DNA from: a virus | Length of the DNA stretch: 64,000 bases | Strand: one strand, 5' to 3' | Virus record (IMG/VR): IMGVR_UViG_3300007274_000026 | Location: 8,541-72,540 of that record | Part shown: piece by piece, positions 1 to 9,517 of the stretch | How positions within the stretch are numbered: the first letter of the stretch is position 1 | How the letters are laid out: each line of letters starts with the position of its first letter | Translations under genes and position numbers: made by a program | The notes under the pieces: generated by a model | The model's input: only the letters and a program-made list of their open reading frames with translations | Told to the model about the DNA's origin: nothing | The model's database searches: none

Positions 1-543
1 GATGTCAGGCTTTGCCCCTAACTGGCCCATCCCAAAGGTCAGCAGGGCGTGAAGGATTTGATTGTTGCCACTGCTCAGCATTTGAGACAAGAGCAAGTCA
101 GTCTCTACGCGAATACCGCCGTATTCGCTCCCATCAGGCTGCTTTTGGTGGTCAGCAAAAATCAGTGGAATAGTCTCGCCCAGGCTAGCTAGCTGCTGAA
201 CGCTGTCGAAATTATTGCTTTTGGAATATCGCGTGCGGCCACGGGAGCCAGCAATATCAAGACGACGCTGCTGCTTTTGCTCTTGTGCTTTTGGCTTGGG
301 TGCCAAGAGCATGCCGATTGCCGTTAGCGCAATGCCAATGACAAGGTTGATTAGGATTGGGGCAACTGGAGCATTCCTGATGTCAGGTATGTGGTCATAC
401 TCTTTTCCCCGTTCTTTCAGCGTCTCTTGCGCTGCAAAAATAAATTCCCAATACTCATCAGGCGTAATGCCTAGCGATTCACAAAGATCTAATTCATAGG
501 GCAATAAAATGCGACGACCGGAAGGACGTCTGTGGGGGACCAT
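1..543 (-). CDS. Tail tip / host-specificity protein (J-like), N-terminal part, runs off the window
   Basis: Manual translation MVPHRRPSGRRILLPYELDLCESLGITPDEY...LINLVIGIALTAIGMLLAPKPK...LASLGETIPLIF; open to position 1; follows the NlpC/P60 tail gene. Confidence 0.7.
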   Translation of the reverse strand, partial: MVPHRRPSGRRILLPYELDLCESLGITPDEYWEFIFAAQETLKERGKEYDHIPDIRNAPVAPILINLVIGIALTAIGMLLAPKPKAQEQKQQRRLDIAGSRGRTRYSKSNNFDSVQQLASLGETIPLIFADHQKQPDGSEYGGIRVETDLLLSQMLSSGNNQILHALLTFGMGQLGAKPDI

Positions 544-863
544 CTCACCACCGACTCGTAGAAGTGGATCCATCCGCCCTCAAAGTAACTAGCCATGCCC
601 AATCCAAAATCGGATTGACAGAGGGCAACTGTCACAAGTTTAGGTGCATCTACAGCAACACCCCAGCGTTCAAGCTCCTCCTGGAACACGCTGGTATCGC
701 CCCGTCTTAAGCGCCGATACCAAGCCCGCTGAGCCGGTGGGGTTTCAATCCCTTGGTATTGCAAAACGGCTTTTGCCAACGACAAGCAATCAGCAGCACC
801 ATGCTTTTCAGGGCTAGCTCCCAACCTGTATTTCATGCCAATCAGGTTGTAAGGATGGATCAC
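489..863 (-). CDS. NlpC/P60-like tail assembly protein (gpK-like)
   Basis: LIGMKYRLG...ADCLSL motif; tail-tip position. Confidence 0.7.
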   Translation of the reverse strand: MIHPYNLIGMKYRLGASPEKHGAADCLSLAKAVLQYQGIETPPAQRAWYRRLRRGDTSVFQEELERWGVAVDAPKLVTVALCQSDFGLGMASYFEGGWIHFYESVVRWSPTDVLPVVAFYCPMN

Positions 864-1336
864 TGCGATTGGATGTTGGCTGTCACTGGCAAGCTGCCAA
901 CTAGATCACGGGTCAGGACTCGGGTCGGAGCATTAGCGCCAACGGCATCAATACCGCTACTAAGGATGATTTCCATGACTTGATTGTCGTAGCTCAGTGA
1001 GGCTGCAATCCAATCCTCAATCGTGAGCACCCGTGAAACAGTGCCGTTATCCCTTAACACCGCTGAATAAACGCGGACATGCCAGCGGTTGTTTACGGCT
1101 TCAGCTGCAATGCCGCTGCTGATCTCATTAACTGAAACCATCATCTGCGCTTCTAGGTTGTCGCCGGTCCTGTTCTTCGCTGCGCCTTGGTAGACAAAAC
1201 TCAAATAGCTGTAGGTAATCCCTTGGTATTCCAGCGTTGTGCCCGGCATTGAATTGTGATACCTGCCTTTATTCCGTTCGCTGCCACCGCTCATGGCATA
1301 CATCTGTACGAAGTTGGCAAGACGGATGTAGCTCAT
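860..1336 (-). CDS. Minor tail protein
   Basis: Directly after the tape measure with overlapping stop/start; beta-rich. Confidence 0.6.
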   Translation of the reverse strand: MSYIRLANFVQMYAMSGGSERNKGRYHNSMPGTTLEYQGITYSYLSFVYQGAAKNRTGDNLEAQMMVSVNEISSGIAAEAVNNRWHVRVYSAVLRDNGTVSRVLTIEDWIAASLSYDNQVMEIILSSGIDAVGANAPTRVLTRDLVGSLPVTANIQSQ

Positions 1337-4300
1337 GACATACCGATTTTTGCGCGTTGGCTACGGCTGTTGCGCAGCGTCTGCATTGATCTTGTATATC
1401 CGCCTTCCATGCCACGTTTCGCCCCGTCATCAGCGGCGCGACGGGACATTGCCATGGCTTGTTCAGCGGTGACGTATTCAACGTTGTTGATGATCCGCGA
1501 TTCAAATTTGATCGTGCTTGTACCACCGCCAGTGCTTCGGTTGTTACCGCCTCTATATCGACTCATTGATGTGCGGGCATCTCCGCCGTCGCTAAGGCTA
1601 TTGCTATCGCTATTGCTATTGCTGTATCGGCCCATGGGAGACCGATGGTCAATGATCGTCTCATCAGGATGGATCATTGCCATGTAGCCCCCTTGGCCAT
1701 CAAGGCCACCAGAGCGAGGCGTATTGCCTGTATAGCCACCACCGGCAAACGACTTTGCAAGTGCTGGCACATTCAATTGTTTTGCGATGTTTTCAACGTC
1801 AGGAGCTTGCTTGTTCAGCCTGCCATTGGCTGGTGCATAGTCAATGACTGTCTTTTCAATACCAGAAGCTTCCTTGTTCAGGCTGACATTAGATCGCGCA
1901 TAGTCAATAACTGTCTTTTTGCTATTAGGTTGTGCATAATCAATAACTATCTTTTCATTGTTTGGGGCTTGCTTGTTTGAGCTGATACTAGGGCGTGCAT
2001 GGTCAACAGCTTTTTGTTTACTGTCAGATTGCGCATAGTCAATAACTGTCTTTTCAATGTTTGGAGCTTGCTTACTAAGGCTGCTATTAGATCGAGCATG
2101 GTCAATGACTGTCTCTTGTGGGTGGAGCATTGCCATGAAGCCACCTTCTCCATCAAGGCCACCAACACGCGGCGCATCGCCGGTGTAACCACCGCCAGAA
2201 AATGTGGAAAACGGAGTATCAAAAATGCTGCCACCAGTAAACAGCTGAGGTGCGCTTTGACCGTAACCACCACCTCCAGAAAATCCACCACCAGCACCAG
2301 CAGCGCCTGAAGCACCGCCACCAAAGATCCCAAGCACTTTCAGCACCATTGCTTTAGCGATCATCTGGGTAGCCATATCAATAAATGCCTTGCCAATGTT
2401 CTTGAACATTTGACTGAAGGCTGCGGACGCCGTCTGAGTGCCATCAATAAGCCCTGAGATTGCATTGCTCATTGCTGAGCCAATCTCGCTCTCAACCGTT
2501 TGAGCCAAACTTACAATCATCCCCCCGGTATCTTCCAGATCGGCCCTTAGCTTGTCCATGTACTGCTCAACTTTGCCTTTCTGCGGTTCGTTATCAATTC
2601 GAGCTTTGCGGTCTTTCCCTGATTGCTGAATTTCGCCCTTAAGCCCTTGAGCTGCTGCTAGCTGGCGCTCAAGCTCATCAGCTGTGACGCCAGCGGCATT
2701 AGCTAGCGCGATCTGGTTTTCCAGTCGCAAGATGTCAATATCAAGCCCCTCAGTCAGCTTGTTGACTTGCTGGTCGATAGACGCATATTGATTAGCCAAA
2801 GACGGCTCAATCCCGTCGGCCATGTATTGCTGCTTCAACGCCAGCAGTTCAGCTTCTTCCCTGCCTGACTTGACGAACTCTTTAGCAGCAGCCATAGAGG
2901 CTTCTGTAGAAGCCAGGACGGCCTCGCTTGACTGCAGCCGAGCTTTGTCAGCCGCTGCCGCAAGTAGCTGTTCCTGCTGGCCTGCAGCAGCAGTTTCAAC
3001 AATCTGTTTCTCCAGATCAGCCTGATCAAACTTGATCTGAAGCAATTGCTTCTCCAGAGCATCCTTTGTTTGTAAGAGCTGAATTTCACGCTCAAGCTGT
3101 TGGATCAGCTTTGCGCCTTCTGCTTGTTTGTCGGGGCCCTTGCTGCCACCGCCACCACCGCCACCACCGCCGCCGCTCCTACCACCACCTGTAGGGGCAG
3201 GAGGGGTTACTGAATCCAATAAAGCCTTGGCTTTTGCTTCAGCTTCTTTTATGTCGCTAACAGTTGCAGGAGGATTTATTGCTCGACCAGATTTGGCATC
3301 ATATCGAATTCCACTGACTTCGTAAGTTTCTGCATTTCCTTTTCCATCAAAAGTCCAGCCTTCTCGTTCAAGCTTGAGCTTGATGTAATAAGTTCCTTCC
3401 ATGCTCTTTAAGTCAGCTTCCAGCTGCCTAATTTCTTTTTGCAATTGCACGGCTTGGCGACCAGTGGCTTTAATCTCACCGCCCGTTCCCTGAAGCTTGT
3501 TTTTTGCCTCAACTAGCTCATTTTTAACACTTTCAATTGCTGTCCTAAATTCCTGTTGGCTTCCCTCGCCCTCGTTTACCAGCCTGTTGTATTGCTGTTG
3601 AGCCTTGACGTTTTCGTAAACGGCATATCCAACAGCAGCAACGCCAGCAGCAAGAGCTAGCCACGGAGCTACCGCCAGAACGCCAGCAGCAGCAATCTTT
3701 ATCCCGATAAGTCCTGCTTTAATAACACCCAAGCCGCCAGCAAAGACCGTTGCCGCACCACCTGCTGCCACAAAGGCGGCCTTGATTAAACCAAGCGTTG
3801 CGACTATTCCCGCAATTGATCCAGCCACTGCCACTAAGCCAGCCACCGCTAGAAGCGCCTGACGTACTGGTGCCGGTAATCCTGCAAATGCCTCAACAAG
3901 TGCCCTAGCCGCTTTTGCTGCTGCAAGTAGGACTGGCGCTATCTCTGTGAATATCTGTTCCTGTAGCCCCTTGATCTCATTGTTTAATCGTTGCGACAGA
4001 TCTGCATAAGACCCTGATAGCTCCTTTACGGCTTGCGCTGTTGCGCCTGCAGAGTTTTTCTGTTTTTCAATCAGCTCTTCAAAACGCTCAAGATTGCCGA
4101 GCAGTGGAAAGATTGCCTGACCCGCTTCCGTTCCAAGTAACTTTGTTAAGTCAACTTTGTCGGTAACTTTTGTCAGCTTTTGAAGCGTTGCCAATAAGCC
4201 TTCTTGGGCAATAGTGTTTGCGTCAATTTGAATTTTGTATTTACTCAGAATGTCACTACCCTCTTTGGTTGGTGCCGCCAGCTTTGCTATCGCAGAGCGG

Positions 4301-5172
4301 ATTGCCGTAATACCAATTTCTGCGTTTAGACCTTGCGCGGTAACAGAAGCAATCGCTGCATTTACCTCCTCAAGGGGAACCTTCAAAGATGCCGCAAGTG
4401 GCGCCAATTTACCGATGTTGGCTGCATACTCTCCAACGACAATTTTGCCGTCGTTTTGCGTCTGCAAGAACATATCGGAAATCTTGGTTGCATCAGACGC
4501 GGCGATGCCATAAGCATTCATCACCGTGGTCAAGCCATCCACTGCCGTCGTGGTATCCGTGAAACCACCTTTAGCTAGATTGATCGACGCTCCCAGTGTT
4601 GACGAAACATTTTCTGCCCCGCTGACTCCAGCGGACAGCAGCTGATAAGCCGCCGCATTTGCTTCGGTCGCCGTGGTTAACCCGTCTGTTTCTTTAACGA
4701 CTTGATTGATTGATTTCTGAAGCGCTGGATAGTCATTGCCTGCAAGGGTCCTAACTGCTCCCTGCTGCTCCTGTAAGGCGATGCCTGTTTGCGACAGGCC
4801 ACTAATGACCCGCTGCACGGCAAAGCCAGCACCAATGCCACCAAGCGCGGTTGCTAGCTGTCCAGCAGCATTACCTGCTGTTTGGGTCTTTTTGGTGAAC
4901 GCATCAAGCTGTCGATTGACGATCTTGAATTTTGCACTGTTTTTGTCCAGGCCATTAGCCATCTCCTGGAGCTTCTTGATGTATTTCGCTTGAGCGTTTG
5001 CTGTGTTAGCGACCGTTCGCCCTTGCTCTTTCAGTTCCTGCTCAAACTTGTTAAGGCTGCCGGTGACATCATCGACCTCCTTGTCCAACTTGAGAAAACT
5101 CGCCGTTGCCTGCTGCAGGCCCCGAAGGACCTGCTGCACTTGCAATCCAAGGCTGACTGTATATTCCGCCAT
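1333..5172 (-). CDS. Tail tape measure protein
   Basis: 1279 aa, Ala/Gly-rich helical; TP901-type core (AVDGLTTVMNAYG); hydrophobic segment; C-terminal FxGGGYTG motifs. Confidence 0.92.
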   Translation of the reverse strand: MAEYTVSLGLQVQQVLRGLQQATASFLKLDKEVDDVTGSLNKFEQELKEQGRTVANTANAQAKYIKKLQEMANGLDKNSAKFKIVNRQLDAFTKKTQTAGNAAGQLATALGGIGAGFAVQRVISGLSQTGIALQEQQGAVRTLAGNDYPALQKSINQVVKETDGLTTATEANAAAYQLLSAGVSGAENVSSTLGASINLAKGGFTDTTTAVDGLTTVMNAYGIAASDATKISDMFLQTQNDGKIVVGEYAANIGKLAPLAASLKVPLEEVNAAIASVTAQGLNAEIGITAIRSAIAKLAAPTKEGSDILSKYKIQIDANTIAQEGLLATLQKLTKVTDKVDLTKLLGTEAGQAIFPLLGNLERFEELIEKQKNSAGATAQAVKELSGSYADLSQRLNNEIKGLQEQIFTEIAPVLLAAAKAARALVEAFAGLPAPVRQALLAVAGLVAVAGSIAGIVATLGLIKAAFVAAGGAATVFAGGLGVIKAGLIGIKIAAAGVLAVAPWLALAAGVAAVGYAVYENVKAQQQYNRLVNEGEGSQQEFRTAIESVKNELVEAKNKLQGTGGEIKATGRQAVQLQKEIRQLEADLKSMEGTYYIKLKLEREGWTFDGKGNAETYEVSGIRYDAKSGRAINPPATVSDIKEAEAKAKALLDSVTPPAPTGGGRSGGGGGGGGGGSKGPDKQAEGAKLIQQLEREIQLLQTKDALEKQLLQIKFDQADLEKQIVETAAAGQQEQLLAAAADKARLQSSEAVLASTEASMAAAKEFVKSGREEAELLALKQQYMADGIEPSLANQYASIDQQVNKLTEGLDIDILRLENQIALANAAGVTADELERQLAAAQGLKGEIQQSGKDRKARIDNEPQKGKVEQYMDKLRADLEDTGGMIVSLAQTVESEIGSAMSNAISGLIDGTQTASAAFSQMFKNIGKAFIDMATQMIAKAMVLKVLGIFGGGASGAAGAGGGFSGGGGYGQSAPQLFTGGSIFDTPFSTFSGGGYTGDAPRVGGLDGEGGFMAMLHPQETVIDHARSNSSLSKQAPNIEKTVIDYAQSDSKQKAVDHARPSISSNKQAPNNEKIVIDYAQPNSKKTVIDYARSNVSLNKEASGIEKTVIDYAPANGRLNKQAPDVENIAKQLNVPALAKSFAGGGYTGNTPRSGGLDGQGGYMAMIHPDETIIDHRSPMGRYSNSNSDSNSLSDGGDARTSMSRYRGGNNRSTGGGTSTIKFESRIINNVEYVTAEQAMAMSRRAADDGAKRGMEGGYTRSMQTLRNSRSQRAKIGMS

Positions 5173-5181
5173 GAGCCAAGG

Positions 5182-5391
5182 TTACCGACGGCGACGAGCG
5201 TCTTTTTTAGCTTTCTCCAAGGCCTTGTCTTCTTCCTCAGATCGGTATTGGTAGAAGGCTTGCCATAGATAAAGCTCTTCAAGCGTCATGGCTTCACGCA
5301 GCTCAGACAGGGTCTTCCCCAGCTTTTCGGCGATCACCATTTCAAGAACGGTTTGACCGTCTTCCTTCAGCTGCGGGATGAGCGCTTTGGG
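5182..5391 (-). CDS. Tail assembly chaperone -1 frameshift extension (gpGT-like)
   Basis: Slippery C CCA AAG at 5391-5385; the -1 frame reads ALIPQLKEDGQTVLEMVIAEKLGKTLSELREAMTLEELYLWQAFY...RRRR to TAA at 5182. Confidence 0.75.
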   Translation of the reverse strand, partial: PKALIPQLKEDGQTVLEMVIAEKLGKTLSELREAMTLEELYLWQAFYQYRSEEEDKALEKAKKDARRRR

Positions 5392-5744
5392 CTGATGTCA
5401 GCGATTTTGCCGTCTTCATCAGGCTCCATCAGCGTGTCACGGAAGACTTCGCGAATCAGCTCACCGATCACGCTCTCAGGGAGCATGTTCTTTAGCTCGA
5501 CAATGTCGGCCATGGTGAACAAGGGCATTCCGTTTTCGTCCTTGGCTTTCATCACCAAAACATGAAGAGCCACAGTCAGAACGTTCTCTGAATCCTTACC
5601 TGCGCGAGCTGTTGCTCTGTCGCGCTCTGCCAGGGTGACAGGGCTCATGAACCACTCAAAGATTGAACCGTTCGGCATCTCAATAAAACGCCGTGTGGGC
5701 GCCATAGAGCAAGCTTTGGTGAGCTTTGATAGTCCTTCGGGCAT
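5367..5744 (-). CDS. Tail assembly chaperone (gpG-like)
   Basis: Between major tail protein and tape measure; probable start MPEGLSK at 5744. Confidence 0.75.
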   Translation of the reverse strand: MPEGLSKLTKACSMAPTRRFIEMPNGSIFEWFMSPVTLAERDRATARAGKDSENVLTVALHVLVMKAKDENGMPLFTMADIVELKNMLPESVIGELIREVFRDTLMEPDEDGKIADISPKRSSRS

Positions 5745-5784
5745 GAATGCAACGCGCTTCAAACCAATCCTAACTAATAAAGGC

Positions 5785-5813
5785 AAATAAAAAACCCGGG
5801 CCGAAGCCCGGGC
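5785..5813 (-). terminator. Intrinsic terminator after the major tail gene
   Basis: Minus strand CCCGGGC-TTCG-GCCCGGG then TTTTTTATTT. Confidence 0.75.
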
Positions 5814-5843
5814 TCTCTCCCCTGCACCTAGGCTAGCTAGCCA

Positions 5844-6629
5844 TCAAAGGTCGTCATAGAACAGATGAGTTGGCGGACCGGTGAGGTCAAAGGTGATCTC
5901 AGCCGTCAACACTTCCGTCGTGTTTGCCGTGACACTAAAGCCCGTCAAGGTAACGGGAGCCTCGATGTACATCGAGTTAGTGTCGTCAGGGCCCGTGTCA
6001 TCAGCGGTGTAATTCAAATACAGCTTGATGCTCACGCCAGACTGATCTTCCAAAATAGTGTTGTAGATCAGGCGGTTTGAAATCGCCGCTTGGTCGGGCG
6101 TAAACAGCACGCTCATTGAACCGCTACCACTGGCAGGACCAGCAATAGATGTTGCAAAGTTGGCGTACTTAGATGCTTGAACTGTTGTTGAGCACGGGAT
6201 CGTGGTTGTATCGATTGAGTCTCTGGAAAAATCCATCGACCAGTCGGTCACCAAACAGACCACCAAATCCTCGGCAAAGCCGACATTGATGTGTGAGTCT
6301 GGGGTGTCATCATCATTTGTCCCGCCGTTGTCCTGAACAAAGGTGATTGGGGTTCCACCTACACTGGCTGACACCGAAATGGTGGAAGCAGCTCGGGCGA
6401 CGACGTAATAAGTCGTTCCCGCAGTCAAAGCCGTGTTTAGAACAGCGTTGTTTTCAGTAGTGAAAACAATTGGATCGCCAATACGGAAATCATGATCAGC
6501 AGGAACAACAACGTTGTTGCCATCTGGGAAATCCGTGTGATCAAGTAGGCAGTGCTTTACGCCTGCTGGCTTGAACATGACGCGCCCACTGGATCCCGTG
6601 AGCGCACTCTGGGAGCACTGGACTGGCAC
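5844..6629 (-). CDS. Major tail (tube) protein with an inserted beta domain
   Basis: ALTGSSGRV...WSMDFSRDSIDTT...GSGSMSV...AEITFDLTG; insertion HDFRIGDPIVF...GTTYYV. Confidence 0.8.
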   Translation of the reverse strand: MPVQCSQSALTGSSGRVMFKPAGVKHCLLDHTDFPDGNNVVVPADHDFRIGDPIVFTTENNAVLNTALTAGTTYYVVARAASTISVSASVGGTPITFVQDNGGTNDDDTPDSHINVGFAEDLVVCLVTDWSMDFSRDSIDTTTIPCSTTVQASKYANFATSIAGPASGSGSMSVLFTPDQAAISNRLIYNTILEDQSGVSIKLYLNYTADDTGPDDTNSMYIEAPVTLTGFSVTANTTEVLTAEITFDLTGPPTHLFYDDL

Positions 6630-6747
6630 TTAAAGCCTCTCTAGTTGGTTTACAGGAGAAGCGGTGAAACGTCGCTAGGTAGAGCGGGCCTAGGTCAGAT
6701 TCAATTGCTTCTAGGGCGCCGCCCGTTAAAAACAGTTTGCGCAGTCG

Positions 6748-7341
6748 TCAAGAGCAGAGCGCAACAGGTTGATCCCAAGCCTGTAATTCGCAAGTTGTCG
6801 TCATCGTGAAAAACGACGTTTCAACTTCAGTGCCACCACTCCTTGGGCCATTTGGGCGCAACAGCATGTAGCAAGGTCTGGGGTTGCTGGTTGGATCTGG
6901 CAGCATGCCCCATGCGTTCATGAATCGCCTCACAACATTGCTCGCTTGCAACGCCACCGCAGAACCTTGGTTCTTTGGCGTATAGATAAAGATGCTCATC
7001 ACGCCTTCAACAAACGACGCTGAACCCGCATCACTGCAAGGGATGGCCTGGCGGCTGCTGCTCTTGCCCCAGCTGGCGACAACCCGCACAGCCCCATTAG
7101 GAGGGATCTCCCTCACGGTGTTCTGATACAGCAGGGGATAAGCCGGGCCGATCTCCTCCCAATCGTCAGCGTTGAAGTCATCAGCGGCAGCCACTGCATC
7201 GCACGCGAAATAGACAACACCGCTGTTCTGGACAAATGCGTGCTGGTCGTAGTCAGTTGCAGCCACCCATTCCGCAGGATCAAAAATCCGACCCCACAGA
7301 AGTTCGTAGTCCTGACGAATAGCGTTCGGATCAAAGCTCAT
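6748..7341 (-). CDS. Tail terminator / completion protein
   Basis: EGVMSIFIYTPKNQGS motif; precedes the major tail gene. Confidence 0.6.
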   Translation of the reverse strand: MSFDPNAIRQDYELLWGRIFDPAEWVAATDYDQHAFVQNSGVVYFACDAVAAADDFNADDWEEIGPAYPLLYQNTVREIPPNGAVRVVASWGKSSSRQAIPCSDAGSASFVEGVMSIFIYTPKNQGSAVALQASNVVRRFMNAWGMLPDPTSNPRPCYMLLRPNGPRSGGTEVETSFFTMTTTCELQAWDQPVALCS

Positions 7342-7754
7342 TTAATACCTCTGCTCTTAAGGGCTTCATCTAAATACTTACCGCTTTCCCAGCGGTCGCC
7401 GATCACAGTGAACCAGTCTTCAGGGACTTGCTTGCTCCAACCTGAAGTGCACAAGCGGTTCGCGTAGGGCAAGGCGTTGTAAATGACTTGATCTTGCTTT
7501 GGGTCAACCTCGCCTTCCTGAAGGATTGGTGGCGCTGGTACTGACTGCCCTTCGGCGGGTTCTTCAGCAACAGCACTGCCTGGATTAGTTGTTCCCTGCA
7601 AATGAAACCAGCTGGCGCGAAAGCGCCCTGAATCAACTGGACTGCCGTTCTTTAGGTCTGCATCAAGCTGTGCTGTCGCCTCTTGGATCGACTCCTCAAA
7701 AGCCTCCTTAAGGGCTTGGGTCAGCTTTTTGATGTTGGTCTTTTTGCTTGGCAT
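7338..7754 (-). CDS. HK97 gp10-like tail-completion / neck protein
   Basis: SPVDSGRFRASW and IYNALPYANRL motifs; start MPSKK overlaps the upstream stop. Confidence 0.8.
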   Translation of the reverse strand: MPSKKTNIKKLTQALKEAFEESIQEATAQLDADLKNGSPVDSGRFRASWFHLQGTTNPGSAVAEEPAEGQSVPAPPILQEGEVDPKQDQVIYNALPYANRLCTSGWSKQVPEDWFTVIGDRWESGKYLDEALKSRGIK

Positions 7755-8185
7755 CAGGGAGGTCCAAGGAAATTTGGCTGGGTCCCTCTGTCCTCGCATT
7801 TAAGAATCAGAAGGGCGACAGAGGCATAGCCGAACACCGAACCCGGGACGTACAACTGCGTGATCACCGCGGCCTCTTGGCCGGTGTTGTCGTCTCCTTC
7901 CATGGTGAGAGACTCCGGGTAGATGTTTGCGCGCACCTCGCGTTCGGTGCAACTGCATTCCCCTGTCTCCGGGTCATAAGCGTCTGGCGTCTTCAGGGTG
8001 AAGACTGCCGGCGTGCCGAACAAGTCCAGCAACGTCACCGGAAGCGGCATTAGGGGGCCGTTCAAGACGCCCATGCCTGTATCCACTCGCTCATTGCTCA
8101 GGATCACCAGCTTGCGACCCTGAAAGCTGACCGAGTCAACGATCCCACCATCAGAAGCGGTAAATGGCGCGGGAGCTGAAGCCAA
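7754..8185 (-). CDS. Head-closure / head-tail joining protein; sequence blocks appear out of order
   Basis: YDPETG motif; position; see finding. Confidence 0.6.
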   Translation of the reverse strand: MASAPAPFTASDGGIVDSVSFQGRKLVILSNERVDTGMGVLNGPLMPLPVTLLDLFGTPAVFTLKTPDAYDPETGECSCTEREVRANIYPESLTMEGDDNTGQEAAVITQLYVPGSVFGYASVALLILKCEDRGTQPNFLGPP

Positions 8186-8261
8186 GACTGGTTAGCTAGA
8201 ATTGGTTTGGCCAGCGAGCGCTAACTCCTGGCCGTGATCAGACGAGCCTTTAATTCCCCTG

Positions 8262-8792
8262 ATGCCAAGAATTTTAATCGACCTGACAGGTAGGACTTTC
8301 GGTCAGCTGATTGTTGAGGGCGAATCCCCGGGATCAGCACGCGGCCGCCGTTGGGTTTGCCGGTGCAGTTGTGGTGACCGCCGCCCGTACATCATGGGCA
8401 ACCTGACGCATCACAGAAGCGTTCGCTGTCTTAATTGCTCGCGTGCTTCAACAGCAGCGAAGCTGCGCAATCACGAAAAGGGAGACAAGCTCTACCAGAA
8501 GTGGAAATCGATGAGGCAAAGATGCAGCAACCCGAACGACGACAAGTTCTACAGATACGGCGGGAGAGGCATCTCTGTGGCGCCTGAATGGGACGACTAC
8601 ACCGTCTATAGGGAATACATCCAAACCGTCCTTGGACCCCAGCCAGGGCCGCGCTACTCGCTGGACCGCATTAACAACGACGGCAATTACGAACCGGGCA
8701 ATCTTCGATGGGCGGACGACTTCACCCAAGCCCGCAACAGGCGGCCTGGGTGGATCAAACGCAAACGGAACTCCGCCGGCCAGTTCGCCTAG
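8262..8792 (+). CDS. HNH homing endonuclease
   Basis: WVCRCSCG, SMRQRC, YGGRGI, SLDRINNDGNYEPGNLRWA. Confidence 0.88.
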   Translation: MPRILIDLTGRTFGQLIVEGESPGSARGRRWVCRCSCGDRRPYIMGNLTHHRSVRCLNCSRASTAAKLRNHEKGDKLYQKWKSMRQRCSNPNDDKFYRYGGRGISVAPEWDDYTVYREYIQTVLGPQPGPRYSLDRINNDGNYEPGNLRWADDFTQARNRRPGWIKRKRNSAGQFA

Positions 8793-9517
8793 AAGCTCCC
8801 GCCGCCGTATCGGCGGTAGACCTGTCCGTTGCGAAGAGACAAGGTCCCATTGACCTGCCAAGGGAGCCGCCCGTTCGTCTGCGCCACGCTGCCGCGGCTC
8901 ACGTGGCCTTGGCTAATGCCTGATTGCATTCCGCCATCGATCCACTTGGAAACGAGACTCTGCACGTAGGGAGACAGGGCGTCATAACCCCAAATGCTGG
9001 AGGACTTGAACTCCGCATCGGGTCGCATTTTTACCGTAATGGGACCCACCGTGGCTTCTGTGAATTGGTCCAATCCACCGCCGCCTCCGCCGCCGCCTCC
9101 ACCGCCTTGGGAGTTGTTGCCCGTACCGCCGCCGCCACCAATAGACCCGAGGCTCCCTGTGTAGGCCTGTTCGGCGGCTAAAAAAGCACACGCCATCTGG
9201 ATATCCAGGGGGATCGCACTGCAGCTCGCCATTTCGCAAGTGCAGTCGTTGACCTGCCGCGGCCATTCCAACGCTTGCTCACAGCTACAACGTTCGCCCT
9301 TCCAGTTCAGCGGCTCAAGAATTTGCGTAGCCAGGTTCAGGCTCTGCTCTCGTTGCGCATCGGTGTAATCGTCTTCATTGAGCCATAGCGCAATCCCGTC
9401 TGATGCAGGCAGCGTTGCTAAAAGCTGCTTAGCAACATTCACGCACACGTAAGACGTTGAATCGTCTTCGCTTACAGCGCAATTAAACTGAGTAATGACA
9501 ATTGGAGTTCCTGTCAT
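8789..9517 (-). CDS. Head-tail adaptor / connector protein
   Basis: TSYV...WKGER...QALEWPR...IPLDIQMAC motifs; Gly linker; VGPITV. Confidence 0.7.
   Translation of the reverse strand: MTGTPIVITQFNCAVSEDDSTSYVCVNVAKQLLATLPASDGIALWLNEDDYTDAQREQSLNLATQILEPLNWKGERCSCEQALEWPRQVNDCTCEMASCSAIPLDIQMACAFLAAEQAYTGSLGSIGGGGGTGNNSQGGGGGGGGGGGLDQFTEATVGPITVKMRPDAEFKSSSIWGYDALSPYVQSLVSKWIDGGMQSGISQGHVSRGSVAQTNGRLPWQVNGTLSLRNGQVYRRYGGGSF

Noticed and set aside
215-5300. Numerous plus-strand ORFs antisense to the tail genes
   Set aside because: Shadow ORFs with no motifs or expression signals.
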